Translations under genes and position numbers: made by a program | Assembly (NCBI GenBank): GCA_050298595.1 | Contig: JBNKUM010000102.1 | Location: forward strand, 1 to 38,193 | Origin: Gammaproteobacteria bacterium | GTDB taxonomy: Bacteria > Pseudomonadota > Gammaproteobacteria > GCA-001735895 | Direction of reading: 5' to 3' | Length of the DNA: 38,193 bases | Notes under the pieces: model-generated | Told to the model about the DNA's origin: nothing | The model's input: only the letters and a program-made list of their open reading frames with translations | The model's database searches: none | Shown here: positions 11,180 through 20,936 of the stretch, one piece after another | Position numbering within the stretch: the first letter of the stretch is position 1 | Layout: every line of letters begins with the position of its first letter

Positions 11180-11739
11180 TAATTGATTTTGTTTTGTGAT
11201 TTTTTTATTCTTTTATATTTACTGAATTTTATCGGACGACCATTCTTGCCCACAGTTTTGTAGATGCCATCCATATAATATTCAGCCAACAACTTAAACT
11301 CATCGACCCCAGAAGCAGCCCCGGTATAGCGGACCACCGGTTTACCCTCCAGGTCAAAAAAAATCAAAACAGGGGTCGCTCTGACCCTGTTTTTACTTGC
11401 AAACTCTTTTTGAGTCATTTGCTGACCTTCAAAATCAACCATTTCAACATCTCCTTCAACATCAATAGCTATGGAGTGAAAATTTTCTTTAAAATAATCC
11501 TGAATATCGGGCTGACTGAGAACTGTTTTTTTCATACGATGACAGAATGGACATTCATCCATTTCAAAGAATACAAACACGCCTTTTTTACCCTCATCCC
11601 TGGCTATTTCCAGTTCTTCAGATAAATCACCCAGATTTTGTTCAAAAAAGTATTGATAGGGGTCGCGCGGCGTGGCCGCCTGAGCGCATGTAATACTGAA
11701 AACAAAAGCAATGAGACAAAAGATCTTGATTCTATTCAT
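11179..11739 (-). CDS. Periplasmic thioredoxin-fold protein, SoxW-like
   Basis: Start at 11739 after AGGAGG; signal peptide; CPFC active site; VRATP cis-Pro motif. Confidence 0.85.
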   Translation of the reverse strand: MNRIKIFCLIAFVFSITCAQAATPRDPYQYFFEQNLGDLSEELEIARDEGKKGVFVFFEMDECPFCHRMKKTVLSQPDIQDYFKENFHSIAIDVEGDVEMVDFEGQQMTQKEFASKNRVRATPVLIFFDLEGKPVVRYTGAASGVDEFKLLAEYYMDGIYKTVGKNGRPIKFSKYKRIKKSQNKIN

Positions 11740-11815
11740 TGTTTTCTTCCTCCTTAGATATATTGTTATTATTTGTTGACTCTCTCCAGCTTTATTATAT
11801 TCCGCCAGATACCAA

Positions 11816-12286
11816 TTATTTCTCGTGTTTAGAATTCCATTTTCTGATGAAATCTTCAATCATTTCACGAGTCACCATACCCACCTGCCTGGCTTCGACC
11901 TTTCCCTCAGGTGAGATTAAAAAAGAGGTGGGTAAAGCGGGCACTTCGCCCATAGCAGAGCGATGCACAGGCCCAACGATAAAGTTTGGATAAGTGATAA
12001 AGTATTCATCCAGAAACTGGGTGATTTTCTCAGCAGGAAGCACTTCTGTATTCAGACCAATCACTATAGCGTCTGTTTCTTCATGATCATCATGGAAAGA
12101 CTGTAATTCAGGCATTTCTTCCAGACAGGGGGGACACCAGGTGGCCCAGAAATTAACCAGCACCCATTTACCCTGATAATCCGATAAGTTTGCTGCTTTA
12201 CCGTCAAGACTCTTCAACTCCATATTCACGGCATGAGTTACAGAGCAGAAAAATGTTAAAACAAAAATTAACAGTATGTGGCGCAT
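11816..12286 (-). CDS. TlpA-family disulfide reductase
   Basis: VNFWATWCPPCLEEMP and ALPTSFLI motifs; signal peptide from ATG 12286. Confidence 0.92.
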   Translation of the reverse strand: MRHILLIFVLTFFCSVTHAVNMELKSLDGKAANLSDYQGKWVLVNFWATWCPPCLEEMPELQSFHDDHEETDAIVIGLNTEVLPAEKITQFLDEYFITYPNFIVGPVHRSAMGEVPALPTSFLISPEGKVEARQVGMVTREMIEDFIRKWNSKHEK

Positions 12287-12357
12287 AGGTTTCCGATAAA
12301 GCTTCAATTCGACAAACAGAATATATCCTAAAGCTGATGGTTATAAAATGCTGCCAT

Positions 12358-12386
12358 AAAAAAAGGCCCGCATAAGCGGGCCTTTT
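12358..12386 (-). terminator. Intrinsic terminator after the LysM lipoprotein gene
   Basis: AAAAGGCCCGC-ATAA-GCGGGCCTTTT hairpin; on the minus strand it is followed by a T7 run. Confidence 0.85.
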
Positions 12387-12413
12387 CCATGCTGTGAATT
12401 ACCAAGTAATCAC

Positions 12414-13067
12414 TTACTGAGCAAGGTAGTTCTGATCAGATTCTTCTACAGCACCGATAGACCATGCACCACGAGTTTTGGCATGCTCAACTGCAGCATC
12501 AATTTCGCTCGCAGTGGCTGAAGGAATAGTGAATTCCTGTCCAGGGAAGATCAGGTCGGCATCCTTAATCTGGTCTGAGTTAGCTTTATAAATCAGAGGC
12601 CACTGGTAAGGATTGCCATATACAGCTGATTGACCTGAGATATTCCACAGATTGTCGCCAGAAACTACGGTATAAGAACCGGCATCTGCCATAGCAGACT
12701 GTTCCATTTCCATTGCTGCTTGCTCTTTAGCATAACGTTCAGCTTCAGCTTGAGCCTGGGCGATTGCATCTTCAGCCTGTTGAGCGGCTTGATTTGCTAA
12801 TGCAATGGCTTTCTCGCTGTCACATTCTGCTGCTGCTTTTTCAGCATCTTGAATCATTTTTGCTGTATCACGCCAGGCGTAACCCAGTTTCTCTGCACGG
12901 GCCAGTTTAATTTTTGCCGAGTAGATTGCATTTTTAGCTGCCGCAGTAGGACATTCTTGAGCAGGTTCAGCTACTGGAGCAGGCTCTTCTGTGCTAGCAC
13001 AACCAACAACCAAACCCGATGAAATAATAGCAACGGCTGCAAGCTTTAGGAATTTAGTTTTTTTCAT
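12414..13067 (-). CDS. Lipoprotein with SoxK (SoxAX-binding)-like helical domain and C-terminal LysM domain
   Basis: Lipobox VVGC; helical segment GYAWRDTAKMIQDAEKAA; LysM YTVVSGDNLWNIS...IYKANSDQIKDADLIFPGQ. GGAG upstream of ATG 13067. Confidence 0.85.
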   Translation of the reverse strand: MKKTKFLKLAAVAIISSGLVVGCASTEEPAPVAEPAQECPTAAAKNAIYSAKIKLARAEKLGYAWRDTAKMIQDAEKAAAECDSEKAIALANQAAQQAEDAIAQAQAEAERYAKEQAAMEMEQSAMADAGSYTVVSGDNLWNISGQSAVYGNPYQWPLIYKANSDQIKDADLIFPGQEFTIPSATASEIDAAVEHAKTRGAWSIGAVEESDQNYLAQ

Positions 13068-13487
13068 TAGTGCGTTCTCCAAGAACGGTTATAGTTTAGT
13101 TCAAGTACCTGAGATAAATCTTTAGATTCACACCCAAAATTGTGTATCAAACCTTACTCTGTTCAGTTAGTCAGAGCAAGGGTTTATCGACTAATTATTT
13201 CTCAGATAGATTAATTATAGTCAATAAAAAGTAATTCATCTTTGATAGCAGATATAAAGCTGAACAGAAATTAACCAATGAACTCTGAGCTGTCAAGGTA
13301 GATACCTGATTTTAAGTCAAAAACAGATAAAAATATCTCTAAATCAGAGCCAGTAGAAAAACTATAAAGATTATTTACCGTCATCTGATGAATTTAATAT
13401 CACATCCCGTATACAAAAATTATTGCCTTCCAGGAGTCATTACGACACTATTTCCCGGATACCAAATATAACCATAAAGAGGCCAAT

Positions 13488-13847
13488 ATGGATAAATCAT
13501 CAGTCACTATTTATCATAATCCTCGTTGCAGTAAATCACGTGCAACTCTGCAACTACTGGAAGATAACGATATCCAGCCCAATATCATTGAATACATGAA
13601 TGAACCTCCCGACAGGGAAACCCTGGAAAAGATTGTCAATTTGCTTGGTTTACCTGTACGCGATCTATTGCGCAGTCATGAACAGGTATTTAAAGATGCT
13701 GGCATGGATGACGCAGATTTGTCCGACGATGAAATCTATGAGGCGATCAGCCAGTGCCCTACTCTACTGGAGCGCCCAATAGTAGTCGTTGATGACTGCA
13801 AGGCAGCTCTGGGGCGCCCACCCGAGAATGTGCTGGAGATTATCTAG
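13488..13847 (+). CDS. arsC: Arsenate reductase (glutaredoxin-dependent) family
   Basis: IYHNPRCSKSR, LLERPIVV, GRPPENV. Confidence 0.9.
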   Translation: MDKSSVTIYHNPRCSKSRATLQLLEDNDIQPNIIEYMNEPPDRETLEKIVNLLGLPVRDLLRSHEQVFKDAGMDDADLSDDEIYEAISQCPTLLERPIVVVDDCKAALGRPPENVLEII

Positions 13848-14437
13848 TGGCGGACATTCTGCTGCTGTATTACAGCCGACATGGCTCGATAGCAGAAATG
13901 GCGACTCATATTTCACAGGCTGTAGATTCAGTAAATAATTGCAATGCCATTATCCGCTGCCTGCCCGACGTCTCTAATAATTACCAGCAAACCGAGCCAC
14001 CAGTGCCGCAATCTGGCCCACCTTATGCCAGCATTGATGATATGAAACAATGTGATGGACTCATTCTGGGTAGCCCCGCCTACTTTGGAAATATGGCTGC
14101 CGAATTGAAGTATTTCCTCGACCAGACCACGCCGCTATGGATTTCTGGAGCAATGATAGGCAAACCGGCTGGCGTGTTTACCTCAAGCGCCAGCATGCAT
14201 GGCGGGCAGGAAAGCGTACTTTTAAGTATGATGCTGCCACTGCTACACCATGGCATGCTAGTCAGTGGCATCCCTTATTCGGAACCAGCTATACATAACA
14301 CCACATCAGGGGCTACACCGTACGGAGCCAGCCATGTATCTGGCAGTCAGGGTCAACCACTAACCACTGATGAAATTTCAGCCTGTAAAAGCCTGGGCAA
14401 ACGTATCGCCGAACTGGCATTAAAACTTCGCACATGA
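13847..14437 (+). CDS. wrbA: NAD(P)H:quinone oxidoreductase WrbA
   Basis: YYSRHG, GSPAYFGNMAA, HGGQES, TPYGASH; GTG start overlapping the arsC stop. Confidence 0.93.
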   Translation: MADILLLYYSRHGSIAEMATHISQAVDSVNNCNAIIRCLPDVSNNYQQTEPPVPQSGPPYASIDDMKQCDGLILGSPAYFGNMAAELKYFLDQTTPLWISGAMIGKPAGVFTSSASMHGGQESVLLSMMLPLLHHGMLVSGIPYSEPAIHNTTSGATPYGASHVSGSQGQPLTTDEISACKSLGKRIAELALKLRT

Positions 14438-14778
14438 CACAACATCCACTTAAAATCATTAGTCTGACAGCGCTTATCGGCCAGATCCTTAACCAGCTTT
14501 CACTACTGTTGTGGGTTGAGGGTAATATCCGCTATGTGCTAGCCCCGCTTTTTACGCTACCTTTGCTGATACCGCTATCAGGTTTACTCAAGGACAAACT
14601 GTACACCTACCGCTGGACCGGTTTCCTCACCATGCTCTACTTCATTATTGGAGTTAGTGAAGCTTTCAGCAATTCTGATTTGAGGATTTATGGCGTAATG
14701 ACGCTGTGTTTTACTCTCATATTGTTTCTAAGCAGTATGTACTACAGCCGCTATCTAAGCGCCCGCAGAGCTAGCTAA
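14434..14778 (+). CDS. DUF2069-family membrane protein
   Basis: Four hydrophobic segments, LPLLIPLSGL..YTYRW..YF; usual position after wrbA. Confidence 0.8.
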   Translation: MTQHPLKIISLTALIGQILNQLSLLLWVEGNIRYVLAPLFTLPLLIPLSGLLKDKLYTYRWTGFLTMLYFIIGVSEAFSNSDLRIYGVMTLCFTLILFLSSMYYSRYLSARRAS

Positions 14779-15457
14779 GGCTCTGCTTAATGAGTGGAAT
14801 AGTAATCTTACGCTGACTGGAGAGAGAGATGTGATCGAGCCGATAAAGCAATTCCATCTGATCCGAAAGTTTGCGTGAAAAATGGGATAACAGATAAGTC
14901 AAAGCATCGTCGCTGATTTTCAGGCCGAGTAACCTGGCGCGTTTTTGCAGGATACTTTCGAGCTGTTGATCATCAATCGCCTGTAGCGTGATCAACAGCC
15001 CCCACATCAGACGTGATTTCAAATCGGGTAGACGAAATCCGGTGTCACGAGGCGTCCTCGACAGGGTAAAGACCAGACGCAACTCACCACTTTTGACACG
15101 ATTGATTAAATGATAGAACTGTTCTTCCCAGGGACGATTACCTGCCAGTAGATCCAGGTTATCAACGCCGATAACACTACCTTCTGGAAACTCACCAAAA
15201 TTCTTCGCTTTTGCCTGCACCAGTTGTTGAGCATCAAACAGATGAAACAGGATTTTGCAATCACGAGCATAGTGCGCGCAGGCATTTAACAAATGCGTTT
15301 TACCACTGTCACAGCCACCGTACAGACCGATCAGTGATTCGCCGGTTTCATCAAACAGCGCGGTCAGATGTGTCACGATATAGTCGGTGTTTTCGGCAAT
15401 ATAGTTTGAAAAGCTGAAGCGTTTATCAAAACTCAGCGGTAACGGTATCTGAGACAC
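14771..15457 (-). CDS. hda: DnaA regulatory inactivator Hda
   Basis: N-terminal clamp-binding QIPL, SGKTHLL, LPDLKSRL, RKITIPLIK. Confidence 0.93.
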   Translation of the reverse strand: MSQIPLPLSFDKRFSFSNYIAENTDYIVTHLTALFDETGESLIGLYGGCDSGKTHLLNACAHYARDCKILFHLFDAQQLVQAKAKNFGEFPEGSVIGVDNLDLLAGNRPWEEQFYHLINRVKSGELRLVFTLSRTPRDTGFRLPDLKSRLMWGLLITLQAIDDQQLESILQKRARLLGLKISDDALTYLLSHFSRKLSDQMELLYRLDHISLSSQRKITIPLIKQSLS

Positions 15458-15486
15458 GAAGTACTAACCTGCTTTGTAGCGCGTTA

Positions 15487-16590
15487 TCATCGTATGAATC
15501 GATAATTCATCAGAACGGTCTGCTCATCACTGGCCGCATTGACCTGCGGAAACTCCAGTTGCTCCAGCTGACTGCCCAGCGATATCAACTGCTGTAGATC
15601 CTGCAATGAATTACGTAACTTTACTCTATAAGTCACCTGGTTTTCATGAATCAACACAAGTCGAACGGATTCCACTGCATCAAGCGACTGAAGATAACTG
15701 AGTATACGCTGATAATCAGCAATACCTGTTACCTCATCTACGCGCAGTAATACATCTTCTTCAAGATTAGAAAAGGTTTGCAATGCGTATTCGGTCGCCA
15801 GTATTTTAGCCAGCTGACCGATAGCCTGCTGCATGATGGCTTCTCGGTCCGGTGCGAGATTACTCCATTCCAGCATACGATCACCGAAGCGCAGCTGCCA
15901 ACTACTCTGCCAGCCTTCCCCAGTCTGTCCAACGATCTGACCGACAAGCACTGCATCAGGCGCATAACGATCAGCCAGCGCCTGTATATTGGCTTCATTC
16001 AACTGCACGATATCTTCAACACCGAGAGTCAGCCTGTCCTCCAGATCCAGCAGCGGAAATAACACAGGTAAGCCCTTACGTGCAGCAACCGTATCTAGCT
16101 CTTCGATAACATCAGGCGTGGTATCACCAGACACCAGAGCAACATTTCCATTCACATCAAAACTAATCAGCAACAGGGTGCTGGGACGCTCCTTACCCCA
16201 AACCGGGATATTATTTTCACGCAATAGTTTTTCCAGTAAATCCTGGTTGAATACCGTACTCAGATAAAGCTGACCAGCTTCAAAGGCTTCGTTAGTGTCA
16301 TCCTTTTTATTAATGTATCGAAACTGACGTACATAACGAGAGCTGTTTTTCAGGGGCCTTTCCAGATCAGGCCGCTCAAGCACTTCATCCGAGCCGCTGA
16401 CCTTAACGATCACTTCGCGTAAGGCCTGATTAAATACTTCCAGGCGCTGCGTAGTTGTTTGATCAGCCACTGGTAATTCGACCGTATACAGGTCATCAAC
16501 CACTGCAGCCTGAAGATTACTCCACTGCATCAGGCACAGGATTGTCAGGGAAATAAGGATAGAATTAATTGTTACAGGTTTTTTCAGCAT
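15487..16590 (-). CDS. DUF2066-family exported protein
   Basis: LYTVELPVADQ, VIVKVSG, PVWGKERP, FPLLDLED; sits between hda and purM. Confidence 0.85.
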   Translation of the reverse strand: MLKKPVTINSILISLTILCLMQWSNLQAAVVDDLYTVELPVADQTTTQRLEVFNQALREVIVKVSGSDEVLERPDLERPLKNSSRYVRQFRYINKKDDTNEAFEAGQLYLSTVFNQDLLEKLLRENNIPVWGKERPSTLLLISFDVNGNVALVSGDTTPDVIEELDTVAARKGLPVLFPLLDLEDRLTLGVEDIVQLNEANIQALADRYAPDAVLVGQIVGQTGEGWQSSWQLRFGDRMLEWSNLAPDREAIMQQAIGQLAKILATEYALQTFSNLEEDVLLRVDEVTGIADYQRILSYLQSLDAVESVRLVLIHENQVTYRVKLRNSLQDLQQLISLGSQLEQLEFPQVNAASDEQTVLMNYRFIR

Positions 16591-16701
16591 CAGGTTTACT
16601 TTTTATCAGGCTCAAGATGGTTTTTGAGGTATCGAAACAAAGGAATTATTTTTCAGGCTGTGTAAAATAGCACACCCTCAATATTCCTGAACACAAGAAA
16701 T

Positions 16702-17775
16702 ATGAATTCCTCTGATTCAGCGCACAATAGCGCAACAACTTCACTGAGTTATCGTGACTCTGGTGTCGACATAGATGCCGGTAATGAACTGGTAGAACGT
16801 ATCAAGCCTGCGATTAAACGTACGCAGCGCGATGGCTGTGTGGGCAGTATCGGTGGATTTGGTGGATTATTCGAGTTACCGCTGGATAGATACAGACATC
16901 CCATGCTGGTATCCGGTACCGATGGTGTCGGTACCAAGCTGAAGCTGGCTATCGAAATGCAGAAATACGATACCATCGGTATCGACCTGGTCGCCATGTG
17001 TGCCAACGATATCGCAGTACTGGGTGCTGAAGCGCTGTATTTTCTGGATTACTACGCGACCGGCAAACTCAGTCTGGAGATTGCCACTCAGGTCATCTCC
17101 GGCATAGCCGAAGGCTGTGTGCAGGCTGGTTGTGCTTTAATCGGTGGTGAGACCGCTGAAATGCCCGGCATGTACCAGCAGGATGACTTCGACCTCGCAG
17201 GATTTTGTGTAGGCATTGTAGAAAAAGAGCGCATTATCGATGGCAGCCAGGTCAAACCCGGCCATAGCCTGATTGCTATAGCCTCATCCGGTCCTCACTC
17301 GAATGGCTATTCACTGGTACGCAAGGTCATTGAGGTCAGCAAGGTTGACCTGCAACAGGATTGCGACGGCATCCCACTGGCAGATGCATTACTCAAACCT
17401 ACCCGCATCTATACCAAGCCGATGCTGGAACTCACCCAGCAGCAGGATATCTACGCTATTGCTCATATCACCGGCGGTGGCCTGATCGATAATATTCCAC
17501 GCGTTTTACCGGATAACTGCAGCGCACAGATCAATCTGGACAGCTGGAAACTACCAGCGGTATTCGAATGGCTGCAACAGGCGGGCAATATCGAACAACA
17601 GGAAATGTTCCGTACCTTTAACTGTGGCGTGGGTATGGTACTTGTGGTTGATGAAGCCAATGTTGATGCCTGCATCAAGCAGCTTAACGATCTTGGTGAA
17701 CAGGCATGGCATATCGGGCATATCAGCGAAAAAGGCAATGCTGAACCGGTACAGTTAATTCATTCAGGAAAATGA
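16702..17775 (+). CDS. purM: Phosphoribosylformylglycinamidine cyclo-ligase
   Basis: [43 protein letters not shown]. Confidence 0.99.
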   Translation: MNSSDSAHNSATTSLSYRDSGVDIDAGNELVERIKPAIKRTQRDGCVGSIGGFGGLFELPLDRYRHPMLVSGTDGVGTKLKLAIEMQKYDTIGIDLVAMCANDIAVLGAEALYFLDYYATGKLSLEIATQVISGIAEGCVQAGCALIGGETAEMPGMYQQDDFDLAGFCVGIVEKERIIDGSQVKPGHSLIAIASSGPHSNGYSLVRKVIEVSKVDLQQDCDGIPLADALLKPTRIYTKPMLELTQQQDIYAIAHITGGGLIDNIPRVLPDNCSAQINLDSWKLPAVFEWLQQAGNIEQQEMFRTFNCGVGMVLVVDEANVDACIKQLNDLGEQAWHIGHISEKGNAEPVQLIHSGK

Positions 17776-18419
17776 ACCCATTAACACTGGTAGTCCTGAT
17801 ATCTGGCAGTGGCAGTAACCTTCAGGCCATTATCGATAGCATTGAAGATGGCCGACTGAATGCCGAGATCAAGGCGGTTATCTCAAACCGACCTGATGCC
17901 TACGGCCTGCAGCGTGCACGTGAGCATGGTATAGAGGCCATTAGCCTGGATCATAAAGCCTTCAGTGAGCGTGCATTATTTGACCAGCAGTTGCAGCAAC
18001 AGATCGATCTATTTCAACCCGATATGATCGTGCTGGCGGGTTATATGCGCATCCTTAGTGAGGGATTTATCAAGCATTACTGGCCGAACATGATTAATAT
18101 CCATCCTTCGCTGCTACCCAAATACCAGGGCTTAAATACTCATCAACGAGCGCTGGACAATAAAGATCGCATGCATGGGGCCAGTATTCATGTAGTGACT
18201 CCGGAGCTGGATTCTGGCCCCGTGATACTGCAGGGACAGTTTGAGATTGAAGAGGGTGATGATGCCAGTAAACTACAACAGAAAACCCATCGCCTGGAAC
18301 ATCAGATGTATCCACAAGTCTTACAATGGTTCGCCGAAAAACGGCTTCAGTTCAACCAGGGGGTTCCGGAATTTGATCATGCACCTTTACAGCAACCGAT
18401 ATTACACGACAGTTATTAA
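17772..18419 (+). CDS. purN: Phosphoribosylglycinamide formyltransferase
   Basis: [31 protein letters not shown]. Confidence 0.99.
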   Translation: MNPLTLVVLISGSGSNLQAIIDSIEDGRLNAEIKAVISNRPDAYGLQRAREHGIEAISLDHKAFSERALFDQQLQQQIDLFQPDMIVLAGYMRILSEGFIKHYWPNMINIHPSLLPKYQGLNTHQRALDNKDRMHGASIHVVTPELDSGPVILQGQFEIEEGDDASKLQQKTHRLEHQMYPQVLQWFAEKRLQFNQGVPEFDHAPLQQPILHDSY

Positions 18420-19098
18420 ATTTACTGCCTTCTGCCTGCTGCTAATCAGTGGTGCGCTTTACGCCAGCGAACTGAAGCCCTTTGACGTCCACTACCGGGT
18501 GTTTCGCAATGATCAGCATGTTGCTTACGCCGATTTCAGCCTGCATCAAGACAATGGTATCTGGATCTGGTCAATGAAGACCGAACCTCGCGGCATCTAT
18601 AGCTGGCTGACACGTAAAAGACCCTACATCGAAACCCATATGCGAAAGGTGAGCGATGGTAGCCAACAGCTATCGATAGAAGTTAGTGGTGATTATCCCG
18701 ATCTTAGACCTAATCGAGCCAGCTGGTTTGACCATGATAACCACCTCGTATACTACGCCGATAAAAAAAAGCAGCGCAGGTTTGAGTTTGATACTCCGCT
18801 ATACAATTACCACAGCATCAACCTTTTATACCTTGAAATGAAGCGAAAGGGACAAACGGAAATCATTATTCAGTTTTACAAGGGTTCTGATTTGAAATAC
18901 TCAAAAGTCACCCTGCAAACCGATATAGAAATCCCTGACGGCGATTCAAGCATAAGGGTAGACAAGCTCAGCCAGGACTTCGCTGATAGCAAGGACACTA
19001 TCCAGTACTACTATCAAAATAATGAGCTAGCGCCATTGAAGATTGAGCAGATAAAAGAAGATTATGTCAGCGTGATGTGGCGCGATGATAAAAAGTAA
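18379..19098 (+). CDS. Exported protein, DUF3108-like
   Basis: Signal peptide from ATG 18379 (start uncertain), beta-rich mature part ending APLKIEQ; position after purN is typical. Confidence 0.6.
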   Translation: MHLYSNRYYTTVIKFTAFCLLLISGALYASELKPFDVHYRVFRNDQHVAYADFSLHQDNGIWIWSMKTEPRGIYSWLTRKRPYIETHMRKVSDGSQQLSIEVSGDYPDLRPNRASWFDHDNHLVYYADKKKQRRFEFDTPLYNYHSINLLYLEMKRKGQTEIIIQFYKGSDLKYSKVTLQTDIEIPDGDSSIRVDKLSQDFADSKDTIQYYYQNNELAPLKIEQIKEDYVSVMWRDDKK

Positions 19099-19108
19099 TG
19101 CCCGGGCT

Positions 19109-19573
19109 TTATAAGCGAGTATAACTCTTCTCTCTCACCAGTCGATCAATCTCCACAGGGGCGAAAGGCACCTGTTCGATAAAGTCAGGCAGGTCGGATC
19201 GTTCGATATGCAGATATTCCATAGCCGTCTGGCAAGCCTTGATATCGACCAAATGATTTTTATCCAGCTCGCGCGCCTTATCCACGATAGTCATGAAACG
19301 ATCATAATTACTCTTTTGAAACAGACGTAACTCATCGCCATGCAATACCAGTGCGATACGACCATACTGATCAGGGCTAAACTGACCTTTCAAAGCTTCG
19401 GCTCGTTTCAAAATGGCGTCCAGTTGCTGTTCGTTTTCTACCGTGATATCAAACACGTACCCCTGTGCATTTGCATCAGGCTTAGCATTCAATTCGACAA
19501 CATTATTTTCTGCCCAGGCCGAAAAACACACCAGGCTCAGTAATAAAAAAACTGACCGTATGCTATTAACCAT
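19109..19573 (-). CDS. Exported DsrE/DsrF-like protein
   Basis: Signal peptide (AWA); VFDI, IALVLHGDEL, DIKAC, VPFAPVEI resemble the DsrE fold; overlaps the pmbA stop by 8 nt. Confidence 0.7.
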   Translation of the reverse strand: MVNSIRSVFLLLSLVCFSAWAENNVVELNAKPDANAQGYVFDITVENEQQLDAILKRAEALKGQFSPDQYGRIALVLHGDELRLFQKSNYDRFMTIVDKARELDKNHLVDIKACQTAMEYLHIERSDLPDFIEQVPFAPVEIDRLVREKSYTRL

Positions 19574-20918
19574 CGCCAGCTATCGTCATATTTTCAATGA
19601 GGATAGATCCGCACTGAACATTTCCGCGTGTGTCTACATCCGTTCCGATTTCCACTATACCCATAAACATCTGTTTTAGATTACTGGCTATGGTTACCTC
19701 TTCTACTGGATACTGAATTTTGCCATTTTCAACCCAGAAACCTGCAGCACCGCGAGAATAATCACCCGTTACCGTGCTCACACCCTGCCCCATCAATTCA
19801 GTCACCAACAGCCCCTTATCCATGGCTTTAAGACAGGCTTCAAAGTCCTTACCGGTATCCGACAGCTTTAGGTTATGTACCCCACTGGCATGACCCGTTG
19901 ATTGAGCCCCCAGTTTACGGGCAGCATAGCTATCCAGCAGATAGCTTTGCAACTTACCATCGGCGATCAATACATTCTCATGGGTGGCAACGCCTTCACC
20001 ATCGTAGTTGGCTGAGCCCAGAGCACCACGCTCAAAAGGAAACTCCTGCAACTGAACAAACTCCGGAAATATCTGCTCACCGCGCGCATCCAGCAAAAAA
20101 CTGGCCTTGCGATACTGAGCGTTGCCACCAATCGCTGAATTCAAATGAAAGATAAGCCCCCGGGCCATTTCAGGCGCAAACATAACCGGACTCTGCGCTG
20201 TTGGCAGTTTACGCGCACCCAGTCGTTCTACGGTTCGTTTGGCCGTTGCAATACCCACCTCTTTAGCCGACATCAATAACGCTGGATTTCGATTGACGGT
20301 ATACCAGTAGTCGCGTTGCATACCTTTTTCATTTTCTGCCACCACCGAGCAACTGATCGAATGGCGGGTTTTGCGCTCCGTCTGCAAAAAGCCATGGCTA
20401 TTGCCATAAGCAGAAACGCTTTTACCCCAGTCAATAGAGGCGCCTTCTGAATTATGGATACGCTCATCATAATCAAACGCAGCAGCCTCGCACTCCAGCG
20501 CAAGCTCTATCGCCTGCTGGGTAGTCAGATCCCACTCGTGATACAGATCCAGCTCACGTATGTCAGTGGCCATCAACTCGGCATCCGCAAGCCCTGCACA
20601 GGGATCTTCTGAGGTATATTTAGCAATATCGCAAGCAGCCTCTACGGTTTTGCGGATCGCTTCGGGATTCAGGCTGCTGGTACTTGCACTGCCCTTATGC
20701 TGTCCAAAATAAACACTGATGCCAAGGCCAGTATCATTTTGATACTCCACCGTTTCAACATCACGCATACGTGCCGAAACCGTCACCCCTTCAGAAACCG
20801 TCAGGCCAGCCTCAGCCTGAGTTGCCCCCCGCTGCTTAGCCAGTTGAAGGCTATCTTCGATAATGTTCTTGAGGGATGCGTCAGAAACGGTCAAACTATT
20901 CAAATTAATTTCATTCAT
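19566..20918 (-). CDS. pmbA: Metalloprotease PmbA (TldE)
   Basis: MQRDYWY, YRKASFL, DGEGV, ELMGQGVSTVTGDYSRGAAGFWVENG. Confidence 0.97.
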   Translation of the reverse strand: MNEINLNSLTVSDASLKNIIEDSLQLAKQRGATQAEAGLTVSEGVTVSARMRDVETVEYQNDTGLGISVYFGQHKGSASTSSLNPEAIRKTVEAACDIAKYTSEDPCAGLADAELMATDIRELDLYHEWDLTTQQAIELALECEAAAFDYDERIHNSEGASIDWGKSVSAYGNSHGFLQTERKTRHSISCSVVAENEKGMQRDYWYTVNRNPALLMSAKEVGIATAKRTVERLGARKLPTAQSPVMFAPEMARGLIFHLNSAIGGNAQYRKASFLLDARGEQIFPEFVQLQEFPFERGALGSANYDGEGVATHENVLIADGKLQSYLLDSYAARKLGAQSTGHASGVHNLKLSDTGKDFEACLKAMDKGLLVTELMGQGVSTVTGDYSRGAAGFWVENGKIQYPVEEVTIASNLKQMFMGIVEIGTDVDTRGNVQCGSILIENMTIAGDG

Positions 20919-20936
20919 CCAAGTATTCTAGCGCAC
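20919..20936. promoter_or_regulatory. Candidate bidirectional promoter with overlapping -10 elements for leaderless pmbA and yjgA
   Basis: The 18-bp gap CCAAGTATTCTAGCGCAC holds TATTCT (+, 20924-20929) 7 nt before ATG 20937 and TAGAAT (-, 20930-20925) 6 nt before ATG 20918. Confidence 0.5.

Noticed and set aside
13083-13487. AT-rich 400-bp divergent intergenic region with scattered CTGA/TCAG words and a short inverted pair (TCTGTTCAG / CTGAACAGA)
   Set aside because: No consistent spacing or RNA structure that I can support; it is probably an ordinary dual promoter region.
18241-20936. Long N-terminal extensions of track ORFs 18241-19098 and 20697-21464
   Set aside because: They overlap purN and pmbA extensively; internal ATGs at 18379 and 20937 give family-typical N-termini.
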